A DNA stretch of 64,000 nucleotides from an uncultured Sphingomonas sp. (GCF_902806265.1 NZ_CADCVZ010000008.1:3209-67208), one strand, 5' to 3'. Counted from the stretch's first letter, positions 18,447 to 30,722 are shown. The notes: generated by a model from the letters alone, not told the origin. Made by a program: numbers and translations.

Positions 18447-19387
18447 TGACGACGGGCCCTCGCATGTGGCTCTACAAGCGGCCGTTTTGCGTGGGCTTTC
18501 ACGAGGGACTGGTGCTGCTCGACGCGCGGCTGTCGGGCCTGACCAGCAGCTTGTGGATCGACGGCGAGGAGGTCGCCACTGATTTCACGCCGGCAGCGGG
18601 TCCGGAGGCGGTGCGCAACCACCGGCTCCATGCGAGCTTGCCCGACGGCCGCGCGGTGGACGTCGAGGCGGGGTATGTCAGCTGGACCAACGCCGGGATC
18701 GCCGTGCGCGTGGAGGGGCAGCTCGTACACGAAAGCCATCCCGGCCGGCGCATCGCCTACCCGGCACGCGCCGCGAAGATGATCGCACAGCAGACCGCGG
18801 ACGGGCAGGCCGCGTACGACATCGACAAGCTCAGCCGCAACAAGGTGCCGATCATCGTCGACATCGCCACTGGCCTCTTGTTCTTCGTCGTCGCCAAGCT
18901 GACCGACCTCAGGACTGCGGCGCTGGTGGGCGCGGCGATCGGCATTGCGCTGGTGATCGCGCAGCGGTTCGTGAAGGTGGACCTGCTGGGCGGGCTGGCC
19001 ATGTTCGGCATCGTCATGCTGCTGATCTCCGCAGGGTTCGCCATCGCCTTCGAGGACGACGAGCTGATCAAGCAGCGCTCCACCATCGTCGGCCTGATCG
19101 GGGCGGCCTGCTTCCTGTTCGACGGGCTGGTGCTGCGCGGGCGGCGGCTCGGGCACGGGCTCAACCGCTACCTTGCCTACACCGACATCGACGAGCGCCG
19201 GCTGGCGATCGCGATGGGGGTGCTAGGGGTGTTCACCGCGCTGGCCAATTTCGCGGTGGTGCGGCTGGTCTCCACCGACGCCTGGCTGTTCTACACCACG
19301 TTCCTCGACTTGCCGCTGGTAATGGCCGGAGTGCTGGTGGCGGTGAAGTGGGCGCGGTCCCGTCCGCCGCTGCCGGCCACGGCGTGA
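18446..19387 (+). CDS. Membrane protein: soluble N-terminal domain fused to an IspZ/YciB-like 5-6 TM domain
   Basis: C-half: LFFVVAK; D.LIKQR.TI; W..Y..F.D. TGATG overlap with the upstream gene. Confidence 0.62.
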   Translation: MTTGPRMWLYKRPFCVGFHEGLVLLDARLSGLTSSLWIDGEEVATDFTPAAGPEAVRNHRLHASLPDGRAVDVEAGYVSWTNAGIAVRVEGQLVHESHPGRRIAYPARAAKMIAQQTADGQAAYDIDKLSRNKVPIIVDIATGLLFFVVAKLTDLRTAALVGAAIGIALVIAQRFVKVDLLGGLAMFGIVMLLISAGFAIAFEDDELIKQRSTIVGLIGAACFLFDGLVLRGRRLGHGLNRYLAYTDIDERRLAIAMGVLGVFTALANFAVVRLVSTDAWLFYTTFLDLPLVMAGVLVAVKWARSRPPLPATA

Positions 19388-19388
19388 C

Positions 19389-20447
19389 GTGCCGCTCAGC
19401 CGCCTCGCGCTCACCGACTTCCGCAATTACCGCGAGCTGCTGATCGAGCCGGGGCCGGGCTTCAATTGCCTCCACGGCGAGAATGGCGCGGGCAAGACCA
19501 ACATCCTGGAAGCGGTGTCGCTGCTTGCACCCGGGCGCGGGCTGCGCGGCGCGGCATTGGGCGAGATGGCGCGCGGCGATGGACCGGGCAGTTTCGCGAT
19601 TGCCACGCGGCTGGGCGGGACCGACCTCGGCACCGGCACGCTTGCCGCCGCGCCCGAGCGGCGGCAGGTGCGGGTCAACGGCGGTGCGGCCGCGGTGAAC
19701 TCGCTGGGCGAGTGGCTGTCGGTGCTGTGGCTGACGCCCGCGATGGACCGGCTGTTCAGCGGTCCGGGCGGCGACCGGCGGCGCTTCCTCGACCGGCTGG
19801 TACTCGCGCTGGAGCCGGGCCACGCGCATCATGCCGCGCGCTACGAGGCGGCGATGCGGGCACGCAACAAGCTGCTGGCGGAGCCGGATGGCGCCGACCC
19901 GGGCTGGCTGTTGGCCTTGGAGGCGGAAAGCGCCGAGCATGGCGCGGCCCTGGCTGAGGCGCGAGCGCGCACCGTGCAGGCGCTTGGGCAGCGGCTGGCG
20001 GCCACTCCGGACGACAGCTTCGCCCGGGCGGAGATCGCGCTGGCGGGCTGGTCGGGCGGCGACCTTGCCGCAATGCTGCGCGCCAACCGCGGTCGCGACG
20101 CCGCGGCTGGGCGGGCGACGGAGGGCCCGCATCGGCAGGACCTTGCCGTCACCCACCGCGCCAAGGGTCAGCCTGCAGCGCGCAGCTCGACGGGCGAGCA
20201 GAAGGCGCTGCTGCTCGGGCTGGTGCTGGCCCATGCCGAGCTGGTCACCGAGCGGCGCGGCGAGCCGCCGATCCTGCTGCTCGACGAGGTTGCCGCCCAC
20301 CTCGATCCAGGCCGGCGGGCCGCGCTGTTCGGGCGGTTGCAGGGTCGCGGGCAGGTATGGATGACGGCAACCGAGGCGGCGCTGTTCGACGGCGTGGAGC
20401 AGGCCAGCCGCTTCCGCGTGGAGGGTGGAACCGCGCACCCGACCTGA
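19389..20447 (+). CDS. recF: DNA replication/repair protein RecF
   Basis: DFRNY, Walker [31 protein letters not shown]. Confidence 0.96.
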   Translation: MPLSRLALTDFRNYRELLIEPGPGFNCLHGENGAGKTNILEAVSLLAPGRGLRGAALGEMARGDGPGSFAIATRLGGTDLGTGTLAAAPERRQVRVNGGAAAVNSLGEWLSVLWLTPAMDRLFSGPGGDRRRFLDRLVLALEPGHAHHAARYEAAMRARNKLLAEPDGADPGWLLALEAESAEHGAALAEARARTVQALGQRLAATPDDSFARAEIALAGWSGGDLAAMLRANRGRDAAAGRATEGPHRQDLAVTHRAKGQPAARSSTGEQKALLLGLVLAHAELVTERRGEPPILLLDEVAAHLDPGRRAALFGRLQGRGQVWMTATEAALFDGVEQASRFRVEGGTAHPT

Positions 20448-20639
20448 GCAGGTGGACTTTTCCGCACGGTTCGCTATATCAGCCGTCAGCGAGGCGCAGA
20501 AAAGCGGCGTGATCGGTCATGCGACCGGCCCGTGCCTCGGTTCTCCCAAGAAGTTCTCCACATCACGCGGGGTTCTTTGATCACCCCTCTCCCGGGTGCG
20601 CTTGCGTGCGCTCGGGCGTGTCATTTTATGTGGAACAAC

Positions 20640-22205
20640 ATGACTTTTGAACAACTCGGGCTGTCCAAGCCCCTGCTTCAGGCGCTCGCCGCCAAGAACT
20701 ATTCGCAGCCGACGCCGATCCAGGCGCAGGCGATCCCGACCGTGCTCAGCGGGCGCGACCTGCTCGGCATCGCGCAGACCGGCACCGGCAAGACCGCGGC
20801 GTTCATGCTGCCCTCGCTCGACCGGCTGTCTGCGAACAAGCCGCAGGTCCTGCGCCCGGGCCAGATCCGCATGCTGGTGCTTGCGCCGACGCGGGAGCTC
20901 GCCTCGCAGATCGCCGCCAGCGCCGAGGCCTATGGCGCGCAAATGAAGATGAGCGTCGGCGTGATCTTCGGCGGTGTCGCCAACCAGAAGAGCGTCCGCA
21001 CCGTGCAGCGCGGTCTCGACGTGCTGGTCGCCACCCCGGGCCGGCTGCTCGACCTGGTCGATCAGCGCGCCGTTGACCTGCGCGCGCTGGAGATCCTGGT
21101 GCTGGACGAGGCTGACCAGATGCTCGACCTTGGCTTCATCCATGCGCTGAAGGCGATCGTCCGGCTGATCCCGGCCAAGCGGCAGACCCTGTTCTTCTCG
21201 GCGACCATGCCCAAGATGATCAAGCAGCTGGCCGATACCTACCTCACCAATCCCGCGGAAGTGGCGGTCAGGCCCGCTGCCACCACCGCCGAGCGGGTCG
21301 AGCAGCAGGTCACCTTCGTCAATCAGGCCGAGAAGACCGCGCTGCTCACCATGTTTTTTCAGGACACCAAGATCGACCGCGCGCTGGTGTTCAGCCGGAC
21401 CAAGCACGGCGCGGACAAGATCGTGCGCTTCCTGGAGGCGGGCGGCATCGGGGCGAACGCCATTCACGGCAACAAGAGCCAGCCGCAGCGCGAGCGGGCG
21501 CTCGGCCTGTTCCGGTCGGGCGAGGTGCCGATCCTGGTTGCCACCGACATCGCGGCGCGCGGGATCGACATTCCGGGCGTCAGCCACGTCATCAACTACG
21601 ACCTGCCCAACGTCGCCGAGCAGTATGTTCACCGGATCGGCCGCACGGCGCGAGCGGGCGCAGCCGGCATTGCGGTCGCCTACTGCGCCGATGACGAGCG
21701 GGCGTTCCTGCGCGACATCGAGCGGCTAACCCGGCAGAAGCTTAGCGTCGTGCCGCTGCCCGAAGGCTTCGTGGCGGCGGTACAGGCGATGAAGAGCCTG
21801 AAGCCCGAGCCGCGCCGCGCGCCGCAGCCGAACCAGCGCAACCGGCGCAACGAGTCCGGCGCGCGCGGCCATGCCCGCGATCCGCAGCGCATGGGGCTGC
21901 CGCGCAACGACCCGCGCCAGGATATGCCGCAGGGCGAGGAGCGTCCCCGCAGCGATGGGCGCCGCCGCGCTCCGCATCCGGCGACCGCGCGTCCGCACGG
22001 CGAGCGTCCCGCGCAGCAACGCACGGAGCACACCCATGCCCGTCCGACGACCGACCACGGACGCCCGCAAGCAGGCGGGCAGCGGCAGGGTTCGGGCGGT
22101 CAGCGTCCGGCGGGTAACGGCGGCACCCGGCCGCAAGGTACCGGGCGTCCGGGCGGCGGCAATCGCGGTGGGCGCCCGTCGGGCAACCGCAACTCCGCCT
22201 ACTAA
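20640..22205 (+). CDS. DEAD-box RNA helicase (RhlE-like) with disordered C-tail
   Basis: Q-motif PTPIQ, AQTGTGKT, PTRELA, DEAD, SAT, HRIGRTAR. Confidence 0.96.
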   Translation: MTFEQLGLSKPLLQALAAKNYSQPTPIQAQAIPTVLSGRDLLGIAQTGTGKTAAFMLPSLDRLSANKPQVLRPGQIRMLVLAPTRELASQIAASAEAYGAQMKMSVGVIFGGVANQKSVRTVQRGLDVLVATPGRLLDLVDQRAVDLRALEILVLDEADQMLDLGFIHALKAIVRLIPAKRQTLFFSATMPKMIKQLADTYLTNPAEVAVRPAATTAERVEQQVTFVNQAEKTALLTMFFQDTKIDRALVFSRTKHGADKIVRFLEAGGIGANAIHGNKSQPQRERALGLFRSGEVPILVATDIAARGIDIPGVSHVINYDLPNVAEQYVHRIGRTARAGAAGIAVAYCADDERAFLRDIERLTRQKLSVVPLPEGFVAAVQAMKSLKPEPRRAPQPNQRNRRNESGARGHARDPQRMGLPRNDPRQDMPQGEERPRSDGRRRAPHPATARPHGERPAQQRTEHTHARPTTDHGRPQAGGQRQGSGGQRPAGNGGTRPQGTGRPGGGNRGGRPSGNRNSAY

Positions 22206-22212
22206 GCACTAC

Positions 22213-22245
22213 CGAGGGGTTCGCCGGCGTTCGGCGGGCTCCTCG
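22213..22245 (+). terminator. Hairpin after the DEAD-box helicase
   Basis: cgaggggttcgccg-gcgtt-cggcgggctcctcg, 14 bp with GU pairs; no U-tract. Confidence 0.45.
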
Positions 22246-22260
22246 CGCACGCGGGCGCGC

Positions 22261-24802
<2,542 letters not shown>

Positions 24803-24808
24803 GGCCGT

Positions 24809-24840
24809 CGGGCGGGCGACCTCTTCAGGTTGCCCGCCCG
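24809..24840. terminator. Hairpin between convergent gyrB and the EF-hand gene
   Basis: cgggcgggcgacct-cttc-aggttgcccgcccg, 14 bp stem. Confidence 0.6.
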
Positions 24841-24847
24841 CCCAGCA

Positions 24848-25360
24848 CTAGCCCTTGAGAAAGGCGGTCAGCTCGTCCTGCGAGACGGTACCGCTCTTGT
24901 CGCCATCAGCCTTGCGGAACGCATTGGACAGATAGGCCCGCGTCGGCGCCTTCTTTTCCGCCGCCGCCTGCAGGTCGCCGATCCACTTGTTGAACTCGGC
25001 CCGGTTCAGGTTCTTGTTGCTGTTCGCGTCATACTTGGCCCAGTCCGCGCTCACCGTAGCCGCGATCGGATCGCTGCTGGCGGTCGTTGAGGCCTGCGTA
25101 TCGGCGGCGGTGGAGTTTGTTTCGCTGGTTGTTGGCGCGGCCGTGCCAGGCGCCGATTGGTCGGTCGGCGTCGTCGTGGTTGTCGTCGGGACAGGCTGCT
25201 CTGGCGTTGGCGTTGTCGTGGTGCTGGGCGCCGGAGTCTGCTCCGATGCGGGCGGCGTGGTCGGAGCGGCCACGTCGGGTGGTCCGGCGGGCTGCGCGGT
25301 CTGGGCCAGCGCCGGCGCGCCGGCGAGCATCAGTGCGGTGATTAGTGCGGCCTTAGTCAT
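24848..25360 (-). CDS. Secreted EF-hand protein with Pro/Thr-rich linker
   Basis: Signal peptide; DANSNKNLNRAEF and DGDKSGTVSQDEL EF-loops. Confidence 0.8.
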   Translation of the reverse strand: MTKAALITALMLAGAPALAQTAQPAGPPDVAAPTTPPASEQTPAPSTTTTPTPEQPVPTTTTTTPTDQSAPGTAAPTTSETNSTAADTQASTTASSDPIAATVSADWAKYDANSNKNLNRAEFNKWIGDLQAAAEKKAPTRAYLSNAFRKADGDKSGTVSQDELTAFLKG

Positions 25361-25479
25361 GCTTATCCTCCACCCCTGTTGGTTTCGGCAGCCCCCACGA
25401 GTTAAATAACGATCGGCGCGCGCAGGAGTTGTTGACTTCGCCCCGACTTTGCCACGCACGGGCTGGCGATTATGCGTTC

Positions 25480-25635
25480 ATGGCCGAAGGTAAACGGCCG
25501 GTCCCGGGCGCGCGCGCGCCGATCACAGCCCGGATCGCACTTGCCAGGCGCGCGCTGGGGCTTCACAGCGGCGGCATGTTGCTCGCTTGCGCCGCACCCG
25601 ACCCGCGGCAAGTGCCTTGTTCCGGCCAGCCGTGA
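25480..25635 (+). CDS. Putative 51-aa small protein
   Basis: ATG just downstream of a TTGCCA-N16-TATGCG element; its stop overlaps the next gene's GTG (GTGA). Confidence 0.3.
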   Translation: MAEGKRPVPGARAPITARIALARRALGLHSGGMLLACAAPDPRQVPCSGQP

Positions 25636-26402
25636 GTTCCCTGCCTCTCACTGTCGCCTCCTACAACATGCGCAAGGCGATCGGGACCGACCGGCGGCGC
25701 GATCCGCGGCGGGTGCTCGACGTGCTGCACGAGATCGACGCGGACGTGGTCGCATTGCAGGAAGCGGACAAGCGGGTGGGCGGGCGCGCGTCGGCGGTGC
25801 CGCACGAGCTGTTCGACGCGCACTCGGGCTACCAGCCGGTGCCGTTGGGGGTGAAGAACCGCCGGGTGCTCGACCGCCTGCCAAGGGTCGGCGCGCGGGT
25901 CGATGAGCTGCTCAAGGTCGATACCCGCAGCATCGGCTGGCACGGCAACGCGTTGCTGGTGAAGCCGCATGTGCAGGTGATGGACGTGGCCGCGCTGGAG
26001 CTGCCAACGCTGGAGCCGCGCGGCGCGGTGATGGCGGAGCTGTTGGTGAACGACCAGCCCTTTCGCGTGGTCGGGCTGCACCTCGACCTGTCCGGCCTGT
26101 GGCGGCGGCGGCAATTAAGGGCGATCCTGGAGCAGATCGGGGCGCGGCCGCAGGCCATGCCCACGGTGCTGATGGGCGACACCAATGAATGGCGGACCGC
26201 GGCGGGGTGCCTCCAAGAGCTGGACGGCGCCTACCGCATCGCGCCAACCGGGCCGAGCTTCCACTCGCGCCGGCCGGTTGCGGCGCTGGACCGGATCGTC
26301 GTCGACAAGCGGCTGCGGATCGAGGCGGCCGGCGTGCACCATAGCGCGGCGGCCCAGAAGGCGAGCGACCACCTGCCGGTGTGGGCGCGACTGGTTCTCT
26401 AG
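25632..26402 (+). CDS. Endonuclease/exonuclease/phosphatase family protein
   Basis: ASYN, VALQEAD, LMGDTNEW, LDRI, SDHLP. Confidence 0.9.
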   Translation: MSSLPLTVASYNMRKAIGTDRRRDPRRVLDVLHEIDADVVALQEADKRVGGRASAVPHELFDAHSGYQPVPLGVKNRRVLDRLPRVGARVDELLKVDTRSIGWHGNALLVKPHVQVMDVAALELPTLEPRGAVMAELLVNDQPFRVVGLHLDLSGLWRRRQLRAILEQIGARPQAMPTVLMGDTNEWRTAAGCLQELDGAYRIAPTGPSFHSRRPVAALDRIVVDKRLRIEAAGVHHSAAAQKASDHLPVWARLVL

Positions 26403-27841
26403 GCCGCCTTGCCCGCGATCGCGCGCTGGCGGCGGCGCTGGATCGAGCTGCCGATCCCCAGCGCTTCGCGGTATTTGGCGACCGTCCGGCGGGCGAGGTC
26501 GAAGCCTTCAGCCTTCAAGAGGTCGACCAGCGTGTCGTCGCTGAGCACCTCGGTTTCGTCGGCGATGAGCTTGGCGATCGCCGCCTTGACCGCTTCGGCC
26601 GAGGCGCCCTCGCCGCCTTCGGCCGCCACGCCCGAGCGGAAGAAATACTTGAGTTCGAACAGCCCGCGCTCGCACAACAGGTATTTATTGCTGGTGACCC
26701 GGCTGACGGTGGACTCGTGCATGCCGATCGCATCGGCGACCTTGCCCAGGGTCAGCGGCCTTAGCGCGCGCACGCCCTCGCGGAAGAAGCCCTCCTGCTG
26801 GCGGACGATCTCGGAGGCGACCTTGACGATGGTCTGGGCGCGCTGGTCGAGCGCGCGGATCAGCCAGTTCGCGTCAGCCAAGCAATCGGCCAGCCAAGCG
26901 CGGCCCTGCTTGCTCTGCGCTCCCGTCTTGAGTTCGTGGTGGTAGCGGCGGTTGATCAGCACCCGCGGCAGGGTCGCGCTGTTGAGTTCGACCTCCCAGC
27001 CGTCGCGGGTGCGGGTGATCAGCACGTCGGGTTCCGGCACCGTGTCCGGCTCGGACGCGAAGCGGCAGCCGGGCTTGGGATCAAAGGCGCGCAGCTCGCG
27101 GACCATGTCGGCGAGATCCTCGTCGTCGACCCCGCAGATGCGTTTCAGGGCCGCCATCTGGCCGCGGGCGAGGAGGTCGAGGTTGTCGATCAGCCGCGCC
27201 ATTGCCGGATCGTAGCGATCCGCGGCCTTGGCTTGCAGCGCCAGGCACTCGGCCAGATTGCGGGCGGCGATGCCGGGCGGGTCGAAGGACTGCACCAGAG
27301 CCAGGCCGGCCTGCGCTTCCTCGGGGCTGACGCCCATGCTTTGCGCCACGGTGGGCAGTGGCGTCAGCAGGTAGCCGCTCCCTTCAAGCTCGTGGATGAT
27401 GGCCTCGGCCGCGCGCGCTTCGGCCCCGCTGTGGCCGCGCAGCTGCGCCATGAGGTGCTCGCACAGCTGCGTCTCGCAGGTCGGAAGCCGGTCGAAGTCG
27501 AAGCCTTCATCGGACGAGCCGCCGAGGTCGCAGGCGCTGTCCGTGTCGAGCGCCGAGTCGCGCCAGTCGGTATCGAGCGCTTCCTCGCCGTGAGCAGCGA
27601 GCTCGTCGGAACCCTGCGGATCGGGCGGATCGTCGCCGGTCTCGCGGTCCTCGCGGACGATCACCGTTTCGCCGCCCTCGCCCGACCGCGACTCCAGCAG
27701 CGGGTTCTTGGCAAGCTCCTCTGCGATCACCGCCTCCAGCTCGAGGTTGCTGAGCTGCAGCAGCTTGATCGCCTGCGTCAGCTGCGGGGTCAGGACCAGC
27801 GACTGCGACTGGCGGAGGTACAGGCCGGGTCCGAGTCCCAT
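26399..27841 (-). CDS. rpoN: RNA polymerase sigma-54 factor
   Basis: LTPQL.QAIKLLQL; HESTVSR; RpoN box ARRTVAKYRE. Confidence 0.97.
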   Translation of the reverse strand: MGLGPGLYLRQSQSLVLTPQLTQAIKLLQLSNLELEAVIAEELAKNPLLESRSGEGGETVIVREDRETGDDPPDPQGSDELAAHGEEALDTDWRDSALDTDSACDLGGSSDEGFDFDRLPTCETQLCEHLMAQLRGHSGAEARAAEAIIHELEGSGYLLTPLPTVAQSMGVSPEEAQAGLALVQSFDPPGIAARNLAECLALQAKAADRYDPAMARLIDNLDLLARGQMAALKRICGVDDEDLADMVRELRAFDPKPGCRFASEPDTVPEPDVLITRTRDGWEVELNSATLPRVLINRRYHHELKTGAQSKQGRAWLADCLADANWLIRALDQRAQTIVKVASEIVRQQEGFFREGVRALRPLTLGKVADAIGMHESTVSRVTSNKYLLCERGLFELKYFFRSGVAAEGGEGASAEAVKAAIAKLIADETEVLSDDTLVDLLKAEGFDLARRTVAKYREALGIGSSIQRRRQRAIAGKAA

Positions 27842-27852
27842 GGCCCCGCTCC

Positions 27853-28626
27853 CTACAGGGAAAAGCTTTCGCCCAGGTAGAGGCGGCGGACGTCAGGATC
27901 CCTGACCAGCGCGTCGGGCGTGCCCTGGAACAGCACCTGCCCATCGTAGATGATGCAGGCGCGATCGACGATGTCGAGCGTTTCGCGGACGTTGTGGTCG
28001 GTGATCAGCACGCCGATGTCGCGGCTCTTGAGGTCCTTCACGAGGTCGCGGATGTCGGCGATGGAGATAGGATCGATCCCCGCGAACGGCTCGTCCAGCA
28101 GCATGATCGACGGTTCCGCCGCCAGCGCGCGGGCGATCTCGCAGCGCCGCCGCTCGCCGCCTGACAGCGCCATTGCGGGCGAGTCGCGCAGGCCGAGGAG
28201 TCCGAACTCGCCGAGCAGCTTCTCAAGCCGCTCGCGCCGGGCCGCGCGGTTCGGTTCGGAGACTTCCAGCACCGCCGAGATGTTCTGCTCCACCGTCATG
28301 CCGCGGAAGATGCTGGTCTCCTGGGGCAGGTAGCCGAGGCCCAGGATCGCCCGGCGGTACATGGGCAGCTGGGTGATGTCGCGCTCGTCGAGCAGGATGC
28401 GGCCGGCGTCGGGCTTCACCAAGCCCATGACCGAGTAGAAGCAGGTGGTCTTGCCGGCGCCGTTAGGGCCGAGCAGGCCGACCACCTCGCCCCGGCTGAC
28501 GCTCAGGCTGACGTCGTGCAGGACCGCGCGCTTGTCGTACGACTTGGCGATCGAGCGCACCTCCAGCCCGCGCACCGGCGCATCGACCGATAGCGCGGTG
28601 CGCGGGCTGGTGCGGGTGTCGAGCAC
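27853..28626 (-). CDS. lptB: Lpt system ATP-binding protein
   Basis: GPNGAGKTT, LSGGERRR, LLDEPFAG.DP, LITDHNVRETL. Confidence 0.96.
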   Translation of the reverse strand: MLDTRTSPRTALSVDAPVRGLEVRSIAKSYDKRAVLHDVSLSVSRGEVVGLLGPNGAGKTTCFYSVMGLVKPDAGRILLDERDITQLPMYRRAILGLGYLPQETSIFRGMTVEQNISAVLEVSEPNRAARRERLEKLLGEFGLLGLRDSPAMALSGGERRRCEIARALAAEPSIMLLDEPFAGIDPISIADIRDLVKDLKSRDIGVLITDHNVRETLDIVDRACIIYDGQVLFQGTPDALVRDPDVRRLYLGESFSL

Positions 28627-28631
28627 GGGGA

Positions 28632-29174
28632 CTAGCTGCCGTTCGGCCGCTGCGGCACGGTAAAGCGACCGGTCACCCGCCCGCCGCTCTGGGCCACGCC
28701 GGGCGAGCCGCCGTCGATCACCGCCCGGCCGGTGTTCAGGTCGATGACCAGCCGCTGCCCGTTGACCTGGTTGCCTTCGCGGGTGAGCTGCACGTCGCCG
28801 ATCAGGGTGATCAGCTTGCGGTCGAGGTCGTAGATGCCGAAGTTGCCGCGCGCGGTTTCCGACGGGCTGCGCACGACGACGCCACCTGCGGCGTCCAACC
28901 GGTCGATGTCGATCCCGCCGCTGGTTGAATAAGCGACGGTCAGCCTGGCCGTTTCGAGCGTCAGCCGATCCTGGCGAGCAACCACGTTGCCGACGAAGAT
29001 GGCGCGGTCGGCGCGTTCCTGCACCTCGATCCGGTCGGAGCTGATATCCACCGGCGCGTTGCTATTGAGGCCGCGGAGCGCGGACACCGGCTCCTGCGCT
29101 GCGGCGAGGCTGCCGATGCCGGCCGATGCCCCAAGCAGGCCGGCGAGGATGATCTTGCGCCCCATCGCCATCAT
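28632..29174 (-). CDS. lptA: LptA/OstA family periplasmic bridge protein
   Basis: PVDI.SD, AIF.GNV, G...V.DL; synteny with lptC and lptB. Confidence 0.9.
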   Translation of the reverse strand: MMAMGRKIILAGLLGASAGIGSLAAAQEPVSALRGLNSNAPVDISSDRIEVQERADRAIFVGNVVARQDRLTLETARLTVAYSTSGGIDIDRLDAAGGVVVRSPSETARGNFGIYDLDRKLITLIGDVQLTREGNQVNGQRLVIDLNTGRAVIDGGSPGVAQSGGRVTGRFTVPQRPNGS

Positions 29175-29893
29175 CTGACGGCGCTCTGCTCGATTTTCAA
29201 CCGTGCGCCGCCATCAAGCACGATGGTTCGGGTTCCAAGGTCGGCCCGGACCCGGCCGGCGGTGAACTGCCCAAGCTTGATCCGCCCGCTGACTCCGCCG
29301 CTGAGCGCGAGCTGCTCGGACCGCGCGTCCCCGCTCACGCCGCCCGCTTGGACGTCGCCGGCGTCCGACCCGCCAGTACCTGCGCCACCCGACACGGTGC
29401 GGTTGCGCAGGTCCACCGTGACGTTCTGGGTGACCAGCTGCTCGCCCTCGGGTCCGCTGACCCGGACGGGGCCGATGATGTTCACCCGCTGATCGTCGAG
29501 GTTATAGCGGCCGCGGTCGGCCCGGATGGTGGCGGTGCCGGTCTGCAGTCCGAGCCGAGCGAGCATGCCCTGGATCATCACGATCGGCTGGTCGGAGGTC
29601 TGCTGGATCGCCCGCTGCGCCTGGACGACGAACGGCTGCCCCTTGTCGTCCTTGCCGGTGTAACGCGCCGACTCGATCCGCATCCGCTCGGGCGCGCTTT
29701 CCACTTCGTTCTTGTCGAGGATGAAGCTCACTTCCGCCTTTTTGGTCAGCGGCGCCATCAGCAAGACGGCCGCGATCACGCCCACCGCGCTCGGCAGCCC
29801 GATCTTGAGCAGCTTCACCACCCGGTCATGGCGGCTGCCCGGCTCGGCCCAGTGCTGCTGCGTTTCGCGCTGCTGCAAGGCCGCTTCAGACAT
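29171..29893 (-). CDS. lptC: LptC family protein
   Basis: HDR.V..LK..LP single TM; Y.G.D..G.PF; synteny; ATG 29893 overlaps the rnd stop. Confidence 0.85.
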   Translation of the reverse strand: MSEAALQQRETQQHWAEPGSRHDRVVKLLKIGLPSAVGVIAAVLLMAPLTKKAEVSFILDKNEVESAPERMRIESARYTGKDDKGQPFVVQAQRAIQQTSDQPIVMIQGMLARLGLQTGTATIRADRGRYNLDDQRVNIIGPVRVSGPEGEQLVTQNVTVDLRNRTVSGGAGTGGSDAGDVQAGGVSGDARSEQLALSGGVSGRIKLGQFTAGRVRADLGTRTIVLDGGARLKIEQSAVR

Positions 29894-30506
29894 GGGCGAA
29901 GATGTCCTGCTCGTCCCAGCCCGCGAGGTCGAGCAGCGCACGGTGCGGCAGGAAGTCAAAGCAGGCCTGGGCCAGTGCGGTGCGACCTTCACGTTCCAGG
30001 CGGACGTCGAGCTTCTCCTTGAGCTGATGGAGGTAGCGCACGTCGCTGGCGGCGTAGTCGCGCTGCGCGTCGTTGATCTCCGGCGCCCCCCAATCGCTGG
30101 TCTGCTGCTGCTTGTTGAGGTCCTGGCCGAGCAGCTCCTTGACCAGCTCCTTGAGGCCGTGCCGGTCGGTGTAGGTCCGGATCAACCGCGACGCGGTGCG
30201 GGTGCAATAAAGCGGGGCGGCCATCACCCCAAGATAGAATTGCATGATCGCGACGTCGAACCGGGCGAAATGGTAGAGCTTGAGGCGCGTAGGGTCTGCC
30301 AGGAGCCGCTTGAGGTTGGGCGCCCGGTAGTCGCTGCCCGGCGAGAAGCGCACCAGGTGCTCGTCCCCGCTGCCGTCGGACAGCTGTACCAGGCACAGCC
30401 GGTCACGCCCGGGGTGCAGACCCATGGCTTCGGTATCCACGGCGATCGGCCCCGGCGCGAACAGATCGCGGGAGGGCAGATCTTCTTCGTGGAAGTGAAT
30501 GGCCAT
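29886..30506 (-). CDS. rnd: Ribonuclease D (stand-alone 3'-5' exonuclease domain)
   Basis: AVDTE, DRLCLVQL, KLYHFARFD, SDW, YAASDV. Confidence 0.9.
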   Translation of the reverse strand: MAIHFHEEDLPSRDLFAPGPIAVDTEAMGLHPGRDRLCLVQLSDGSGDEHLVRFSPGSDYRAPNLKRLLADPTRLKLYHFARFDVAIMQFYLGVMAAPLYCTRTASRLIRTYTDRHGLKELVKELLGQDLNKQQQTSDWGAPEINDAQRDYAASDVRYLHQLKEKLDVRLEREGRTALAQACFDFLPHRALLDLAGWDEQDIFAHV

Positions 30507-30722
30507 GCTGTTCCTTCTGGCTGCCGAGCCCTGTTCGCCCGGCCCTGTTCCAGCACCGCTTAACCCGGCCTTGCCGGAGACGCCATGGAAAGGCTGGAGC
30601 AAGCCTGCATTTTGCGTTAAGAACCGCTTCTGGTGCGCCTCGTCGTGCGCCATGACCGGTTGCGCCGTTGAGCCCAGCGCGTTGGTTTACATGAAGTTTG
30701 GGCCAGGGAAGTTTGGACGGGC

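Noticed and set aside
25361-25631. tRNA or other known ncRNA in the intergenic gap
   Set aside because: No cloverleaf, TTC-loop or CCA end recognised
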